The notes under the pieces: model-generated
What the model saw: only the letters and a program-made list of their open reading frames with translations
What the model was told of the DNA's origin: nothing
Database searches by the model: none
Position numbers and translations under genes: made by a program
In this document: one piece after another, positions 8,866 through 19,619 of the stretch
Numbering within the stretch: the first letter of the stretch is position 1
How the letters are laid out: each line of letters starts with the position of its first letter
DNA from: an uncultured Bacteroidia bacterium
GTDB lineage: Bacteria > Bacteroidota > Bacteroidia > NS11-12g > UBA9320
Direction: 5' to 3'
NCBI GenBank assembly: GCA_963924815.1
Contig: CAWURO010000019.1
Span: forward strand, 1 to 56,772
Length of the DNA stretch: 56,772 nucleotides

Positions 8866-11800
8866 CTAGCTGCATCCTGTAGTCGTTCCGCAGTTAGTAC
8901 ACAAATGGCATGTGCCATTCCTGACCAAGGCCAAACTGCCGCAATTGGTACAAGGTAAAGCATCGCCTGATGTTTTTGCTACCGTCTGAAAGGTTGCTTT
9001 TGCTGCAACCGCAGTCTCCTTAACTTCTATAAGCGGCTCTAAGCTTACGGCTACGACAGAGGCTATTGCATTGCCCCCTTCTTCCTCTTTTCGTGCAGTG
9101 TTAATGTCTGCTCTTGCTTGCGCCTCTTCTTTTGTTGGTTTAATATGAACTAAATCTGTTCTATTTAAATATTCAAAACCAAGAAGTCTGAAAATATAAT
9201 CAATGATAGATGTTGAGTTTTTAATATTAGGGTGCCCTTCTACCATGCCGCTTGGCTCAAAACGGGTAAATGTAAATTTACTTACATACTCTTCTAAAGG
9301 CACACCGTATTGCAATCCAATGGAAACTGCAATTGAGAAGCAATTCATTAACGAGCGGAAGGTTGCTCCTTCTCTGTGCATATCGATAAAGATCTCACCT
9401 AAGGTTCCATCGTTATATTCACCTGTTCTTACAAATAAAGTTTGACCTCCAATTTTAGCTTTTTGTGTAAATCCTCTTCGTTTCCAAGGAAGTCTTTTAC
9501 GTTCAACTATGCTAGATAGCTGACGCATAAACTCAGTGCTCTTCGAATTATCTAATATTTTTTGGGCTGCCTCTAATACTTGTTCTTGTGTAAGTTGGTC
9601 AATATTTAAGAAGCCGGAGTTGCCTACAGCATTTTCTACAGCAGATATGGTGTCGTCTTCTTTGTCTTCAACATCTGACTTATTGCTAAGCGGTTGAGAA
9701 AGTTTAGAGCCGTCTCTGTATAGTGCATTTGCTTTAGTGCCGAGCTCCCAGCTCATTTGGTAGCAAGACTTAATGTCTTCTTCAGTAGCTTCGTTTGGTA
9801 AGTTTATAGTCTTAGAAATGGCACCTGACAAGAAGGGTTGAGCTGCTGCCATCATTTTGATATGACCATGCGCATGAATAAACCTCTCTCCTTTTTCACC
9901 GCACTTGTTAGCACAATCAAACACAGTTAAATGCTCATCTTTAAGCAAAGGAGCTCCCTCAACAGTCATGGTGCCGCACACATAATCGTTAGCTAATGAG
10001 ATGTCTTTTTTACTAAAACCAAGAGCTCTAAGTAGATTAAATCCGTCAGATTCATATTGCTCAGCAACAAAACCTAAACGATTCATTGCTTCTTCACCAA
10101 GTACCCAATGGTTAAATACAAAACTAATTTCAAATGCAGAAGGAAGACCGCTTTCAATCTTAGTCAAATCATCTGCAGTAAACCCTTTCTCTAAAAGCGC
10201 TTCGTGATTTATCGCCGGCGCATTAACCAATGTTCCATGTCCTTTTGCATAATTTACAATAGCACTTACCTCATCTGGAGAATATCCTAATGTCTCTAAT
10301 GCCATAGGAACTGATTGATTTACAATTTTGAAGTACCCCCCGCCTGAAAGTTTTTTAAATTTAACTAACGCAAAATCCGGCTCTATGCCTGTGGTATCGC
10401 AGTCCATAACTAATCCGATAGTACCTGTTGGCGCTATAACGGTAGTTTGTGCATTTCTATAGCCATATTTCTCTCCCCACTGCACCGCTTTGTCCCAAGC
10501 GTTGGTAGCAGGAGTAAGTAAATACTCCGGACAGTAAGCAGGATCTATTCCTACCGGTTTAATGCTCAATCCATCATACTCATCTAGATTATAGGCAGCA
10601 TATCGGTGGTTTCTCATCACACGTAACATATGCTCTTTATTTTTATCGTATTGATTAAAAGCTCCCATGAAGCTTGCCATTTCTGCTGAAGTAGCATACG
10701 ACACGCCGGTCATTATAGCTGTAACCGCTCCACACATGGCAAATGCTTCTTTGCTGTCGTAAGGAATTCCACTCACCATAAGTACTGAACCAAGGTTAGC
10801 GTATCCAAGACCTAACGTTCTGTATTGATAAGAAAGTTTGGCAACCTCTTCGCTTGGAAATTGAGCCATAAGAACCGAAATTTCCAGCACGACTGTCCAA
10901 AGTCTAGATGCATATTCTATAGCCTCAACGTCAAATTCCTTCGTCTCTTCGTTGAAATATTTTCTAAGGTTTAGCGACGCAAGGTTACAAGCCGTGTTAT
11001 CCAAGAACATGTATTCCGAACAAGGATTAGATGCATTTATTCTTCCTCCTTCTGGACACGTATGCCACTCATTGATGGTTGTATCGTATTGTACCCCTGG
11101 GTCAGCACATGCCCAAGCAGCAAATGAAATATCATCCCACACTTTACGTGCAGAAACAGTGCTGATTGGTTTACCACTTGTTCTTGAAATTAATTCCCAC
11201 TCACCATCGTTTTTAAGCGCTTCAAAAAATTTGTTTGGTATACGTACAGAGTTGTTAGAGTTCTGGCCAGAAACAGTAGCATAAGCTTCTCCTTCGTAAC
11301 CAGAATCGTATCCTGCGTCTATAAGTGCTTTTACTTTTTTCTCTTCGTCTTTTTTCCAGTTGATGAATGACATGATCTCAGGATGATCTAAGTCAAGACA
11401 TACCATTTTGGCTGCTCTACGCGTAGTTCCGCCTGACTTTATAGCACCAGCTGCTCTATCTCCAATTTTTAAGAAACTCATAAGTCCAGAAGAGCTTCCT
11501 CCACCACTTAATTTTTCACTAGCTGCTCTTATCGAAGAAAAGTTGGTTCCTACCCCAGATCCGTATTTAAAAATCCTTGCTTCACGCACCCATAGGTCCA
11601 TGATACCACCTTCGTTTACCAAATCATCATTTACAGACAAGATAAAACAAGCATGTGGCTGTGGTCTCTCGTATGCCGAAGTAGATCTTTGAACTTCACC
11701 CGTTTCGTGATCAGCATAATAATGTCCTTGAGGTTTTCCTGTGATACCATAGGAATTATGAAGACCTGTATTAAACCATTGAGGACTATTAGGTGCCGCC

Positions 11801-12192
11801 ATTTGGCCTAGAATACTATAAACCAACTCGTCGTAAAAAATTTGAGCGTCTTTTTTAGATGCGAAATAACCATAATTTTCACCCCAGGTTTTCCAACAGT
11901 CAGCGAGTCTGTGCGCTACTTGTTTTACGGATGTTTCAGAACTAGTTGTTCCGTCGGCCTGTGGAACACCTGCTTTTCTAAAGTATTTCTGAGCCAGAAT
12001 ATCTGTAGCCACCTGCGACCAATCTTTAGGTACTTCAACGTTTTCCATTCTGAACACATCGTCCCCTGCTGGATTTTTGATTACTGAAGTCCTGTACTCG
12101 TATTCGAAAAGGTCTGTGGCTGCCGCGCCACTTTTAGTGTTAAAGCGCTTAAATTTTAATGCGTTTTTGCTGTATGTTGATTTGTTGCTCAT
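8866..12192 (-). CDS. nrdJ: Vitamin B12-dependent class II ribonucleotide reductase with C-terminal TSCPD region and Zn ribbon
   Basis: Motifs [23 protein letters not shown] (thiyl Cys), [15 protein letters not shown] and YRDGSK; C-terminal CTNCG...[11 protein letters not shown]. Confidence 0.95.
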   Translation of the reverse strand: MSNKSTYSKNALKFKRFNTKSGAAATDLFEYEYRTSVIKNPAGDDVFRMENVEVPKDWSQVATDILAQKYFRKAGVPQADGTTSSETSVKQVAHRLADCWKTWGENYGYFASKKDAQIFYDELVYSILGQMAAPNSPQWFNTGLHNSYGITGKPQGHYYADHETGEVQRSTSAYERPQPHACFILSVNDDLVNEGGIMDLWVREARIFKYGSGVGTNFSSIRAASEKLSGGGSSSGLMSFLKIGDRAAGAIKSGGTTRRAAKMVCLDLDHPEIMSFINWKKDEEKKVKALIDAGYDSGYEGEAYATVSGQNSNNSVRIPNKFFEALKNDGEWELISRTSGKPISTVSARKVWDDISFAAWACADPGVQYDTTINEWHTCPEGGRINASNPCSEYMFLDNTACNLASLNLRKYFNEETKEFDVEAIEYASRLWTVVLEISVLMAQFPSEEVAKLSYQYRTLGLGYANLGSVLMVSGIPYDSKEAFAMCGAVTAIMTGVSYATSAEMASFMGAFNQYDKNKEHMLRVMRNHRYAAYNLDEYDGLSIKPVGIDPAYCPEYLLTPATNAWDKAVQWGEKYGYRNAQTTVIAPTGTIGLVMDCDTTGIEPDFALVKFKKLSGGGYFKIVNQSVPMALETLGYSPDEVSAIVNYAKGHGTLVNAPAINHEALLEKGFTADDLTKIESGLPSAFEISFVFNHWVLGEEAMNRLGFVAEQYESDGFNLLRALGFSKKDISLANDYVCGTMTVEGAPLLKDEHLTVFDCANKCGEKGERFIHAHGHIKMMAAAQPFLSGAISKTINLPNEATEEDIKSCYQMSWELGTKANALYRDGSKLSQPLSNKSDVEDKEDDTISAVENAVGNSGFLNIDQLTQEQVLEAAQKILDNSKSTEFMRQLSSIVERKRLPWKRRGFTQKAKIGGQTLFVRTGEYNDGTLGEIFIDMHREGATFRSLMNCFSIAVSIGLQYGVPLEEYVSKFTFTRFEPSGMVEGHPNIKNSTSIIDYIFRLLGFEYLNRTDLVHIKPTKEEAQARADINTARKEEEGGNAIASVVAVSLEPLIEVKETAVAAKATFQTVAKTSGDALPCTNCGSLALVRNGTCHLCTNCGTTTGCS

Positions 12193-12321
12193 TCTGTAAG
12201 TAGTTTTTTGTACGTAAAATTTTATGGTTAAACAACTCTCTAAATCTATTCTGGGACACGAATATTTATAGTGAGTTTTAAGTCAAACATACATCCATTA
12301 TTGCCCAATAATAAAGCGGGG

Positions 12322-12387
12322 TTTTCCACACTTCCACAATAAAATTTTATCATTGACTTATTTTTAAGAGATTTGCCGTGTTGATAA
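12322..12387. promoter_or_regulatory. DnaA-box-like cluster in the nrdJ/pcrB divergent region
   Basis: TTTTCCACA (12322-12330), overlapping ACTTCCACA (12330-12338), and TGTTGATAA (12379-12387, reverse complement TTATCAACA). Confidence 0.4.
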
Positions 12388-12462
12388 GATAAAAATCAAT
12401 AAATATTTAAAATTTAACTTGGAAATTTGGTTTAGAAAACCTGTTTTCGCAACAGATAGACT

Positions 12463-13209
12463 ATTAGCATATTACATAAAATATTATCCTCTTCGCTCGT
12501 AAACCAAAAAATAATTGCGGTACTTGTGGACCCAGATCGTTCTGAAGATTCGCAACTTGATGCTCTTGTTTTTCATCCCAGTTTTAGTCAAGTAGATTTT
12601 CTTTTTGTAGGCGGAAGCCTAGTTACCGAGGGAAATATGGGGAGTTGTTTAGCTGGCTTGAAAAAAAGAACGAACAAACCTCTTATTATTTTTCCTGGCA
12701 GCCCCAATCAGATAGACGAGAAGGCTGACGCTATATTATTGCTTAGTCTTATAAGTGGAAGAAATGCTGATTTACTCATCGGCAGACATGTAGAATCTGC
12801 ACATAAGCTCAAACGTTCTGGTTTAGAAATACTTTCTACAGGCTACATATTAGTTGATGGGGGAAGAACTACAACCGTATCCTACATAAGCGGGACAACA
12901 CCTATTCCTCAGGATAAGCCGGGAATTGCTGCCGCTACGGCATTAGCTGGTTGCCAACTAGGTCTGAAATTGATATACCTAGACTGTGGAAGCGGAGCTG
13001 ATCAGTATGCGTCACCCAAACTTATAGCTGCAGTAAAAAATGAAGTGCACGTGCCCATCATCGTAGGTGGGGGAATAAAAACCAGAGAAGATGCCGAAGC
13101 AGTATTTGCAGCAGGAGCAGATGTGGTGGTGGTTGGCAATATGCTAGAAGAGAATCCAGAGTTTTTAACTCAACTGATTTTGGCAAAAAGTTCTGCATTA
13201 ACAACTTGA
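12463..13209 (+). CDS. pcrB: Geranylgeranylglyceryl/heptaprenylglyceryl phosphate synthase (PcrB family)
   Basis: Motifs AVLVDPD, FVGGS, IIFPG, LSLISGRN, TGYILVDGG, YLDCGSGA and IVGGGI. The frame is open from 12460 (after TAG). The first GTG (12526) falls inside the conserved first strand, so an ATT start at 12463 is proposed. Confidence 0.88.
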   Translation: MSILHKILSSSLVNQKIIAVLVDPDRSEDSQLDALVFHPSFSQVDFLFVGGSLVTEGNMGSCLAGLKKRTNKPLIIFPGSPNQIDEKADAILLLSLISGRNADLLIGRHVESAHKLKRSGLEILSTGYILVDGGRTTTVSYISGTTPIPQDKPGIAAATALAGCQLGLKLIYLDCGSGADQYASPKLIAAVKNEVHVPIIVGGGIKTREDAEAVFAAGADVVVVGNMLEENPEFLTQLILAKSSALTT

Positions 13210-13212
13210 TTT

Positions 13213-14460
13213 TTACCCTACTTCCAGCTCAAACAGTGTAATCTCGGGCAAGAAACCCAATCTTCCCGGATACCCCAAATACCCAAAGCCTCTATTTACG
13301 TACAGATACTGCCCGTTTTCTTCGTACAGATCTGCCCACTCCGGATATTGGTATTTTACCGGACTCCATTTATAAAATTTAGTGTCAATACCAAATTGCA
13401 TACCATGGGTATGTCCAGCAAACATAGCATCTATACTCGGGTAGTCTTTTAATACCTCTGCTCGCCAATGACTAGGGTCGTGAGACAGCAATAATTTATT
13501 TTCTATGTTCTCTACTTGTGAGTATGCTTTGCTCAGGTCACCATATTTAGGAAAACGAGGATGAGCACTCCAATTTTCAACACCCAGTATGGCCAGTTTT
13601 TGCCCTTCTTTTTCTATGATTTTACCTTCATTCATCAACAGATTCCAACCCATTGATTTGTGATGGTCGAGGAGTTTTTGTAAGTTTTGCTCTTTGGTAA
13701 TCCCATTGGCATCTGGCCACCTGTAGTAATCTCCGTAATCATGATTACCCAGTACCGAATAAACCCCGTATTGGGCTTGCAATTGGCTAAACATTTCTTT
13801 GAAGGAATCGAACTCTGCAGATGTGCTATTTACTAAATCTCCCGTAAAAAATATAGCATCGGGTTTCAAATCCAGTATCATTTGTATGCCCCTTTTTACC
13901 CCTTCTTTACTCCAAAAACTACCCGAGTGCACATCTGAAATTTGAACTATTTTAAATCCTTTGAAAGCAGTTGGAAGGTTTTTTAGCTTTAACATTTTGC
14001 GATGCACTTGGTAATTATGAGCACCGCTTGCTATACCATATACCAGTCCGCTAAAAAGGCTTCCCGCCAAAAAGGCTCCGGTTGTAATTATAAACTCTGA
14101 TCTACTAATGGACTTAACAGGAGTTCCTCCAGCAATTATTTTATTACCTGAATACTTTATCAATCTCAGCACATCATCCAAAATAATAAAAATAAGCCAC
14201 ACAAATTTAGCAATGAAAATGCCGAATAAAATACTGGCAGACCACATAAAGAGCTTGCTTTTGGTCGGATTTTCCGAAAAAACCATAGTTCCAATTAATA
14301 ATCCGATTAAAATAACAGGAATAGCCCAATAAATAACATGGAAGACTAAACTGAGATTTGGTATCCATTTTTTCACTACTAATTTATACCCTTGAAAAAC
14401 ATAAACATCTAAGGCAAAAAAGATTATGAAGAAAATTAGGAGTGACAGTATTCTGGACAT
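13213..14460 (-). CDS. Membrane-anchored metallophosphoesterase (calcineurin-like)
   Basis: Motifs SDVH, TGDLV, LGNHD, LSHDP and GHTHG after 3-4 N-terminal TM helices. Start moved to MSRILS at 14460. Confidence 0.9.
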   Translation of the reverse strand: MSRILSLLIFFIIFFALDVYVFQGYKLVVKKWIPNLSLVFHVIYWAIPVILIGLLIGTMVFSENPTKSKLFMWSASILFGIFIAKFVWLIFIILDDVLRLIKYSGNKIIAGGTPVKSISRSEFIITTGAFLAGSLFSGLVYGIASGAHNYQVHRKMLKLKNLPTAFKGFKIVQISDVHSGSFWSKEGVKRGIQMILDLKPDAIFFTGDLVNSTSAEFDSFKEMFSQLQAQYGVYSVLGNHDYGDYYRWPDANGITKEQNLQKLLDHHKSMGWNLLMNEGKIIEKEGQKLAILGVENWSAHPRFPKYGDLSKAYSQVENIENKLLLSHDPSHWRAEVLKDYPSIDAMFAGHTHGMQFGIDTKFYKWSPVKYQYPEWADLYEENGQYLYVNRGFGYLGYPGRLGFLPEITLFELEVG

Positions 14461-14592
14461 TGCATTTGATAAACAGACGCAATTATCTTTGGTTTTAAGC
14501 ATATTACACTTACTTAATTGAAGTCTTTGACAGAATGTATCAATACATCGGTAAACTTTTGTCAAATTTGCATTTACAACTAGAAAGAACGG

Positions 14593-15042
14593 ATGAGCAT
14601 AGAGGATCTGATAAAGCAAGAAAAATTTAGCAATGAAGCAGAAAAAGTCATTGTCAATATATCCTTTACCAACAGCTATTTGTCGGGTCTATTAAATTCT
14701 GCAATACGAGATTTTAACGTCTCCTTGCAGCAATTTAATGTGCTTAGAATTTTACAAGGTCAGCATCCCTCGCCTGTTTCCATTAACGAGATAACAAGCC
14801 GAATGGTCGATAAAATGTCGAACGCCAGTCGCCTTGTAGACAAGCTAGACGATAAAGAACTAGTAAAACGAAAAACAAGTTGTCATGATAAAAGACAGGT
14901 TGATATTTCTATAACTGAGACGGGACAAAAAACCCTATCCGAATTAAACGTTATAGTTAACCAAATTATACAAGACCATAGTCACTTGACTCCAAGTGAA
15001 TATGAAATGCTTAACCACCTTTTGGATAAACTTAGAAAATAG
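14593..15042 (+). CDS. MarR-family transcriptional regulator
   Basis: QQFNVLRIL, SNASRLVDKL and DKRQVDISITETG winged-helix pattern. Confidence 0.9.
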   Translation: MSIEDLIKQEKFSNEAEKVIVNISFTNSYLSGLLNSAIRDFNVSLQQFNVLRILQGQHPSPVSINEITSRMVDKMSNASRLVDKLDDKELVKRKTSCHDKRQVDISITETGQKTLSELNVIVNQIIQDHSHLTPSEYEMLNHLLDKLRK

Positions 15043-15060
15043 AACTTCTTGTTTTGAAGG

Positions 15061-15918
15061 CTATTTTTCGACAATTATCCAAGCTTCCTCCTTATTAACC
15101 ACCGAAAAATAACCTAGCGCCCCGTTGCTGATATTGTTATTTAAGTTGGCGGGTGGCGAGTCAAACGGGCTGCCCGATCTGCTTTGTTGCGCATTTAAAT
15201 CAACTAAAAACTGATAATATTTTTGGTTTACAGCATACTGCTCAACTCTTATGGTATCCGTAGGCTCAACCACAAATGGAAATGGTCTTGGAGTTTTACC
15301 CAATGCTAGTTCCTGAACGATGTTAAATATGTCAAAATTTTGATTCAAGTACGAAACCGAACCGAACTGATCATCGTCCAACAACGGACCAAAATCATCT
15401 TTAAGAGTATCGTTTCTATATGCTTTAAAAAGATAGTAGTCGCCAGGTTCCGGACTAGCCTCTACTCCTTGAATAAAAACGTAATACCCTTTTGTAATAA
15501 ATCCATTGTTATCAGGCAGATAGTAAGATGCTATGGTGTCTATTGGGTTGGCATCTGGGGTTTGCTCAGCCGCAACATAGGTAACGCCATTATACACGAT
15601 GGTAAGCGTATATGTTTCGCCTACCATGCATCGTTGAGAGTCAGCCGAAACAAACATTCCGGTGTCTTGATGAAACAGCGAGACAAAACTTCCATTTGTT
15701 CCAGATATGGTGACTACGGCACTAGAAAGGCCATCAGCGCTATCTTGATCAAAATAAGGCTGCGAAAGTGTAAGTCTAACTCTCCAGAAATCATTTACTG
15801 TTGTGATTTGGCTTTCAATAACCAACTTAGGATCCGCATTCGGGATTTCCACTTCTACTATTCTTTCGCACGCAGTAAATAGAAACGCTGCCGATAGTAT
15901 TAGGATTAATTTTTTCAT
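15061..15918 (-). CDS. DUF4249-family lipoprotein (TonB-receptor partner)
   Basis: Lipobox FTAC, KLVIESQI and C-terminal PANLNNNISNGALGYF; directly downstream of the receptor gene. Confidence 0.8.
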   Translation of the reverse strand: MKKLILILSAAFLFTACERIVEVEIPNADPKLVIESQITTVNDFWRVRLTLSQPYFDQDSADGLSSAVVTISGTNGSFVSLFHQDTGMFVSADSQRCMVGETYTLTIVYNGVTYVAAEQTPDANPIDTIASYYLPDNNGFITKGYYVFIQGVEASPEPGDYYLFKAYRNDTLKDDFGPLLDDDQFGSVSYLNQNFDIFNIVQELALGKTPRPFPFVVEPTDTIRVEQYAVNQKYYQFLVDLNAQQSRSGSPFDSPPANLNNNISNGALGYFSVVNKEEAWIIVEK

Positions 15919-15929
15919 GCTATTTGCTA

Positions 15930-18302
15930 TTAAAATTCAAAGTTCCAGGTAATCGCTGGTATTATTTTAAAAAGAGTGGTCTGAAAAGCGGCTGTATTGC
16001 CGGTAATGGCTCCAGGGTTTTTGCCCAGATCTGATTCTTCAATCGTTCTGAAATAAATAGCATACGGGTTAGCCCTGTTGTAAATATTATAAACCGAGAA
16101 ATTCCAATTACTTTTTAATCGTTTGCCCGGCTTTTCTTTATTTTTGAGTGTTACCCCCAAATCGGCTCTATGATATCCTACCACTCTGTAATTGTTTCTT
16201 TCTCCATACTCTAATATCCAACTTCCTTCGTAATAATATTTGCTAACCGGAGTAGTGAGTGGTTGACCTGAAGAATACACAAAAGAAGCTGTTGCTAATA
16301 GTCTCTTGGTAAACTTTTGCGTAAATACAAAGGATAAATTATGTCTTCTGTCAAAATTAGCGACATAAGGATTGTTAAAATTAATTCCCTGAATTTCTCT
16401 AAGTGTCTTGGCCCATGTATATGAAATAAATCCAGATGATTTGCCTTCTGTCTTAGCCACATAAAACTCGGCTCCATATGCCCTGCCATTACCAGTTAAT
16501 AATTCGCCATCTAGGTTTTCATTGAAGGCAATCGCTGCAGCATTTCTATAATCTATTTGATTATTCATCCACTTGTAATAAACCTCTGCAGAGGTTTCTA
16601 AGCTGCCTATTTTTTTTATTTCAAAATTTTTAAACAACCCTAAGGCAATTTGATCTGCACGTTGTGGTTTTATATTTTGGTTTACACTAAACCATTGGTC
16701 CGTCGGAAAAGCAGAAGCAGTATTTGAAGCTTGTTGAATATACTGAAAGGTGCGATTATACGATCCTTTTATCGCAAGACTGTTGGTAAGATTATAACTT
16801 ATTGAAGCTCGAGGCTCCAATCCTGCATAGGTGTTGTAAATGCCAGAAAAAGAATCTTTTACCGTAAGCGTATCAATTGGTTTGTAATTAGCATCTTTAA
16901 AGTAGTTGTATTCTGAACCGCTAATGTTTGAAAACGTAGAAAGACGTATACCATACCTAAAGTTGAATCTTGAGCTTTGTTTGTATTCGTGATCAACATA
17001 CCAACCGCTTTCAAGCGCTTTTCGTTTTTCTATTTGCACATCATTGAAGATGAGTCTAGACTCATCGTTATTTGCCGCAAACAAGCCAGGGTTAAATCGA
17101 TGGTAAATTGCCTGAGCTCCAAAATTTAGTTTGCTTTTTTGACTTATATAATTGGTCCAATCCGATTTTAAATCTACATCTTTAATGTACTGATCAAGTC
17201 CAAAGCTTGCGTTTTCAGCAAACTTAATATCTACACCATAGTTAAAGTTACTATATACCAAAGAAGTATTCACAAACATTTTTTCATTAACTAGGTGATT
17301 CCATCTTAGGGTTGCCGTAGCATTTCCCCAATTTATGGCAAATAATTCACTTAGACCCAAAACATCTCTTCCGAAATAACCACTTACATACAACCTATCT
17401 TTATCACTCAAATCATAATTTGCTTTCAGGTTCAAATCATAAAAATAAAGCTTACTGTTTCGTATCGCCTCGGCTGGAGCAAAAGGTAAGAATACGTCAG
17501 CATAACTTCTGCGCCCTGCTATCATAAAACTAGACTTATCTTTTACAATTGGCCCCTCTAGTGTTAACCGACTGGATATAGTTCCAATGCCACCAACCGC
17601 CGAATATCTTTTCGCATTACCGTCACGCATTTTAATGTCTACTATGGATGAAAGTCTTCCGCCGTACTTGGCAGGAATACCTCCTTTATATACCTCCAGA
17701 CCTTTTACTGCGTCGCCATTAAAAACACTAAAAAAACCAAGCAAGTGAGATGCGTTATATACCGTAGCCTCATCAAGTAATATTAAATTTTGATCTTGAG
17801 CTCCACCGCGCACATTAAAACCACTGTTTCCTTCTCCTGCAGACTGGATGCCTGGAAGTAATGTTATCGTTTTAAGAATGTCAACCTCCCCAAAAATAAC
17901 AGGAATCTCTTTTATTTTAGAGGTTTCCATTTTAACCACGCTAATCTGTTTGTTTTCTACCCTTTTTTCAAGTGCTTTTGCACTAACCAATGCAACACCT
18001 ATTTCGTTTGAGGTTATTCCCAGCTCTATGTTTCGGGTAATCTCTTTGTTTAGATTCACATTTTCAACAACCGTTTCGTAACCAAGATACTTGTAGGTAA
18101 TTTCATACGACCCCGCTTCTAGAGTTATAGAATAGAATCCGTATTCATTAGTCACTGCGCCACCACCGCCTTTTACTAAAATTGATGCTCCTATTAACGT
18201 TTCTCCATTTGCTGCGTCTTTTACCCTCCCGCTTAGCGTAAATTTTTGGGCAAATACAGACAAGGATAGAAAAGCGGTAACAGCTAAGATATTAATTCTC
18301 AT
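15930..18302 (-). CDS. TonB-dependent receptor with carboxypeptidase-like regulatory N-domain
   Basis: Signal peptide, GRVKDAANGETLIGA, plug motifs VRGG..DQNLILLD and YGGRLSS, C-terminal WNFEF. Start moved to the ATG at 18302. Confidence 0.92.
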   Translation of the reverse strand: MRINILAVTAFLSLSVFAQKFTLSGRVKDAANGETLIGASILVKGGGGAVTNEYGFYSITLEAGSYEITYKYLGYETVVENVNLNKEITRNIELGITSNEIGVALVSAKALEKRVENKQISVVKMETSKIKEIPVIFGEVDILKTITLLPGIQSAGEGNSGFNVRGGAQDQNLILLDEATVYNASHLLGFFSVFNGDAVKGLEVYKGGIPAKYGGRLSSIVDIKMRDGNAKRYSAVGGIGTISSRLTLEGPIVKDKSSFMIAGRRSYADVFLPFAPAEAIRNSKLYFYDLNLKANYDLSDKDRLYVSGYFGRDVLGLSELFAINWGNATATLRWNHLVNEKMFVNTSLVYSNFNYGVDIKFAENASFGLDQYIKDVDLKSDWTNYISQKSKLNFGAQAIYHRFNPGLFAANNDESRLIFNDVQIEKRKALESGWYVDHEYKQSSRFNFRYGIRLSTFSNISGSEYNYFKDANYKPIDTLTVKDSFSGIYNTYAGLEPRASISYNLTNSLAIKGSYNRTFQYIQQASNTASAFPTDQWFSVNQNIKPQRADQIALGLFKNFEIKKIGSLETSAEVYYKWMNNQIDYRNAAAIAFNENLDGELLTGNGRAYGAEFYVAKTEGKSSGFISYTWAKTLREIQGINFNNPYVANFDRRHNLSFVFTQKFTKRLLATASFVYSSGQPLTTPVSKYYYEGSWILEYGERNNYRVVGYHRADLGVTLKNKEKPGKRLKSNWNFSVYNIYNRANPYAIYFRTIEESDLGKNPGAITGNTAAFQTTLFKIIPAITWNFEF

Positions 18303-18515
18303 CAGATTGATATACAAGTGCAAACGTATAAAACTGACAAATGTTTAGCACTAAGGCTCGTTTATTTACCCCTCAAATCAGATAAGATCACTTGAAATCC
18401 TTCTTTTTGTTCCGTTTTCCATAGCTAATACTTGGCTTTTTAATAAATATCAAAAGAGATATAAGAATATTTAGACGCCATTACTAAAAGGGTTTTATCA
18501 TATTTGCTGCAACAT

Positions 18516-19481
18516 ATGATAACATACGTACTTTTTGCCATTGGTTTTGTATTGCTCATAAAAGGTGCTGATTGGCTTGTTGCTGGTTCTGCTTCTGTTG
18601 CTAAAAAATACAATGTATCTGACTTGGTTATAGGTCTTACTATTGTGAGCATGGGCACAAGCATGCCTGAGCTTATTGTAAACGTAATTGCCAGTATGAG
18701 TGGTTCTTCAGAAATAGCTATCGGTAATGTCGTAGGATCTAACATTGCCAACATACTACTTATACTTGGAGTAGCTGCATTTATCTATCCGCTTACCATC
18801 AAAGAATCGACCATATTTTCTGAAATACCTTATTCCATCATTGCCGTTTTACTCGTAGCTTTCTTAGCGAACGCACCTATCTTTAATCCTACCTATAGTT
18901 TAATAATCAGTCAATTAGACGGTATAGTCCTCATGCTATTCTTTGGCCTTTTTATGCTGTACATTGTAAAACTTGCAAAAGAAGGCAGGGCCGATATGGT
19001 AGAAGACGCGCCAGACGAAGTATTGCCTATGGGTAAATCCATTTTATTTATTTCTTTGGGAATTGTCGCTCTCTTTTTAGGTGGAAAATGGGTGGTAGAT
19101 GGTGCGATTGCTATTGCAGAGCAATTTGGTCTTAGCCAAAACTTAATTGGACTTACGATAGTTGCCATTGGAACCTCCTTGCCAGAACTAGTTACCTCGG
19201 CAGTAGCCGCTATGAAAAAGAATACAGACATAGCCGTTGCTAATGTAATAGGTTCTAATATTTTTAATTTGCTTTGGGTTCTGGGGCTTAGCGCAATGAT
19301 TAGCCCAATGAAATATGACCCTGTCATTAATACAGATATTCTAGTCTTGCTTGCTGCATCATGTCTTATTATCTTTAGTCTCATGACCGGAAAAGCAAAA
19401 AATCAAATAGGCAAGCCCACTGGGATTTTCTTCTTGGTTTGCTATGTAGCATACACGGCATTTTTGATTTACAGAGGATAG
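18516..19481 (+). CDS. Calcium/sodium antiporter (YrbG-like)
   Basis: Two alpha repeats: GTSMPEL...GNVVGSN and GTSLPEL...ANVIGSN. Confidence 0.92.
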   Translation: MITYVLFAIGFVLLIKGADWLVAGSASVAKKYNVSDLVIGLTIVSMGTSMPELIVNVIASMSGSSEIAIGNVVGSNIANILLILGVAAFIYPLTIKESTIFSEIPYSIIAVLLVAFLANAPIFNPTYSLIISQLDGIVLMLFFGLFMLYIVKLAKEGRADMVEDAPDEVLPMGKSILFISLGIVALFLGGKWVVDGAIAIAEQFGLSQNLIGLTIVAIGTSLPELVTSAVAAMKKNTDIAVANVIGSNIFNLLWVLGLSAMISPMKYDPVINTDILVLLAASCLIIFSLMTGKAKNQIGKPTGIFFLVCYVAYTAFLIYRG

Positions 19482-19619
19482 TTTTTGTTTGCATAACGAC
19501 AAAAAACCTAAATATTAGTTTTGATTTGAGGCATTGCCTGTAGCTTAGTGCAACTTTTTTATAGACCACTGAGTCTACTAATCGTCGTTTATTAAAAATT
19601 AATACTACATATACAAAGT

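Noticed and set aside
12193-12460. Cobalamin riboswitch or NrdR box upstream of nrdJ
   Set aside because: The region is AT-rich with no B12-box-like sequence. CACTATAAATATTCGTG has the wrong length for an NrdR box and is better read as a promoter -7 variant.
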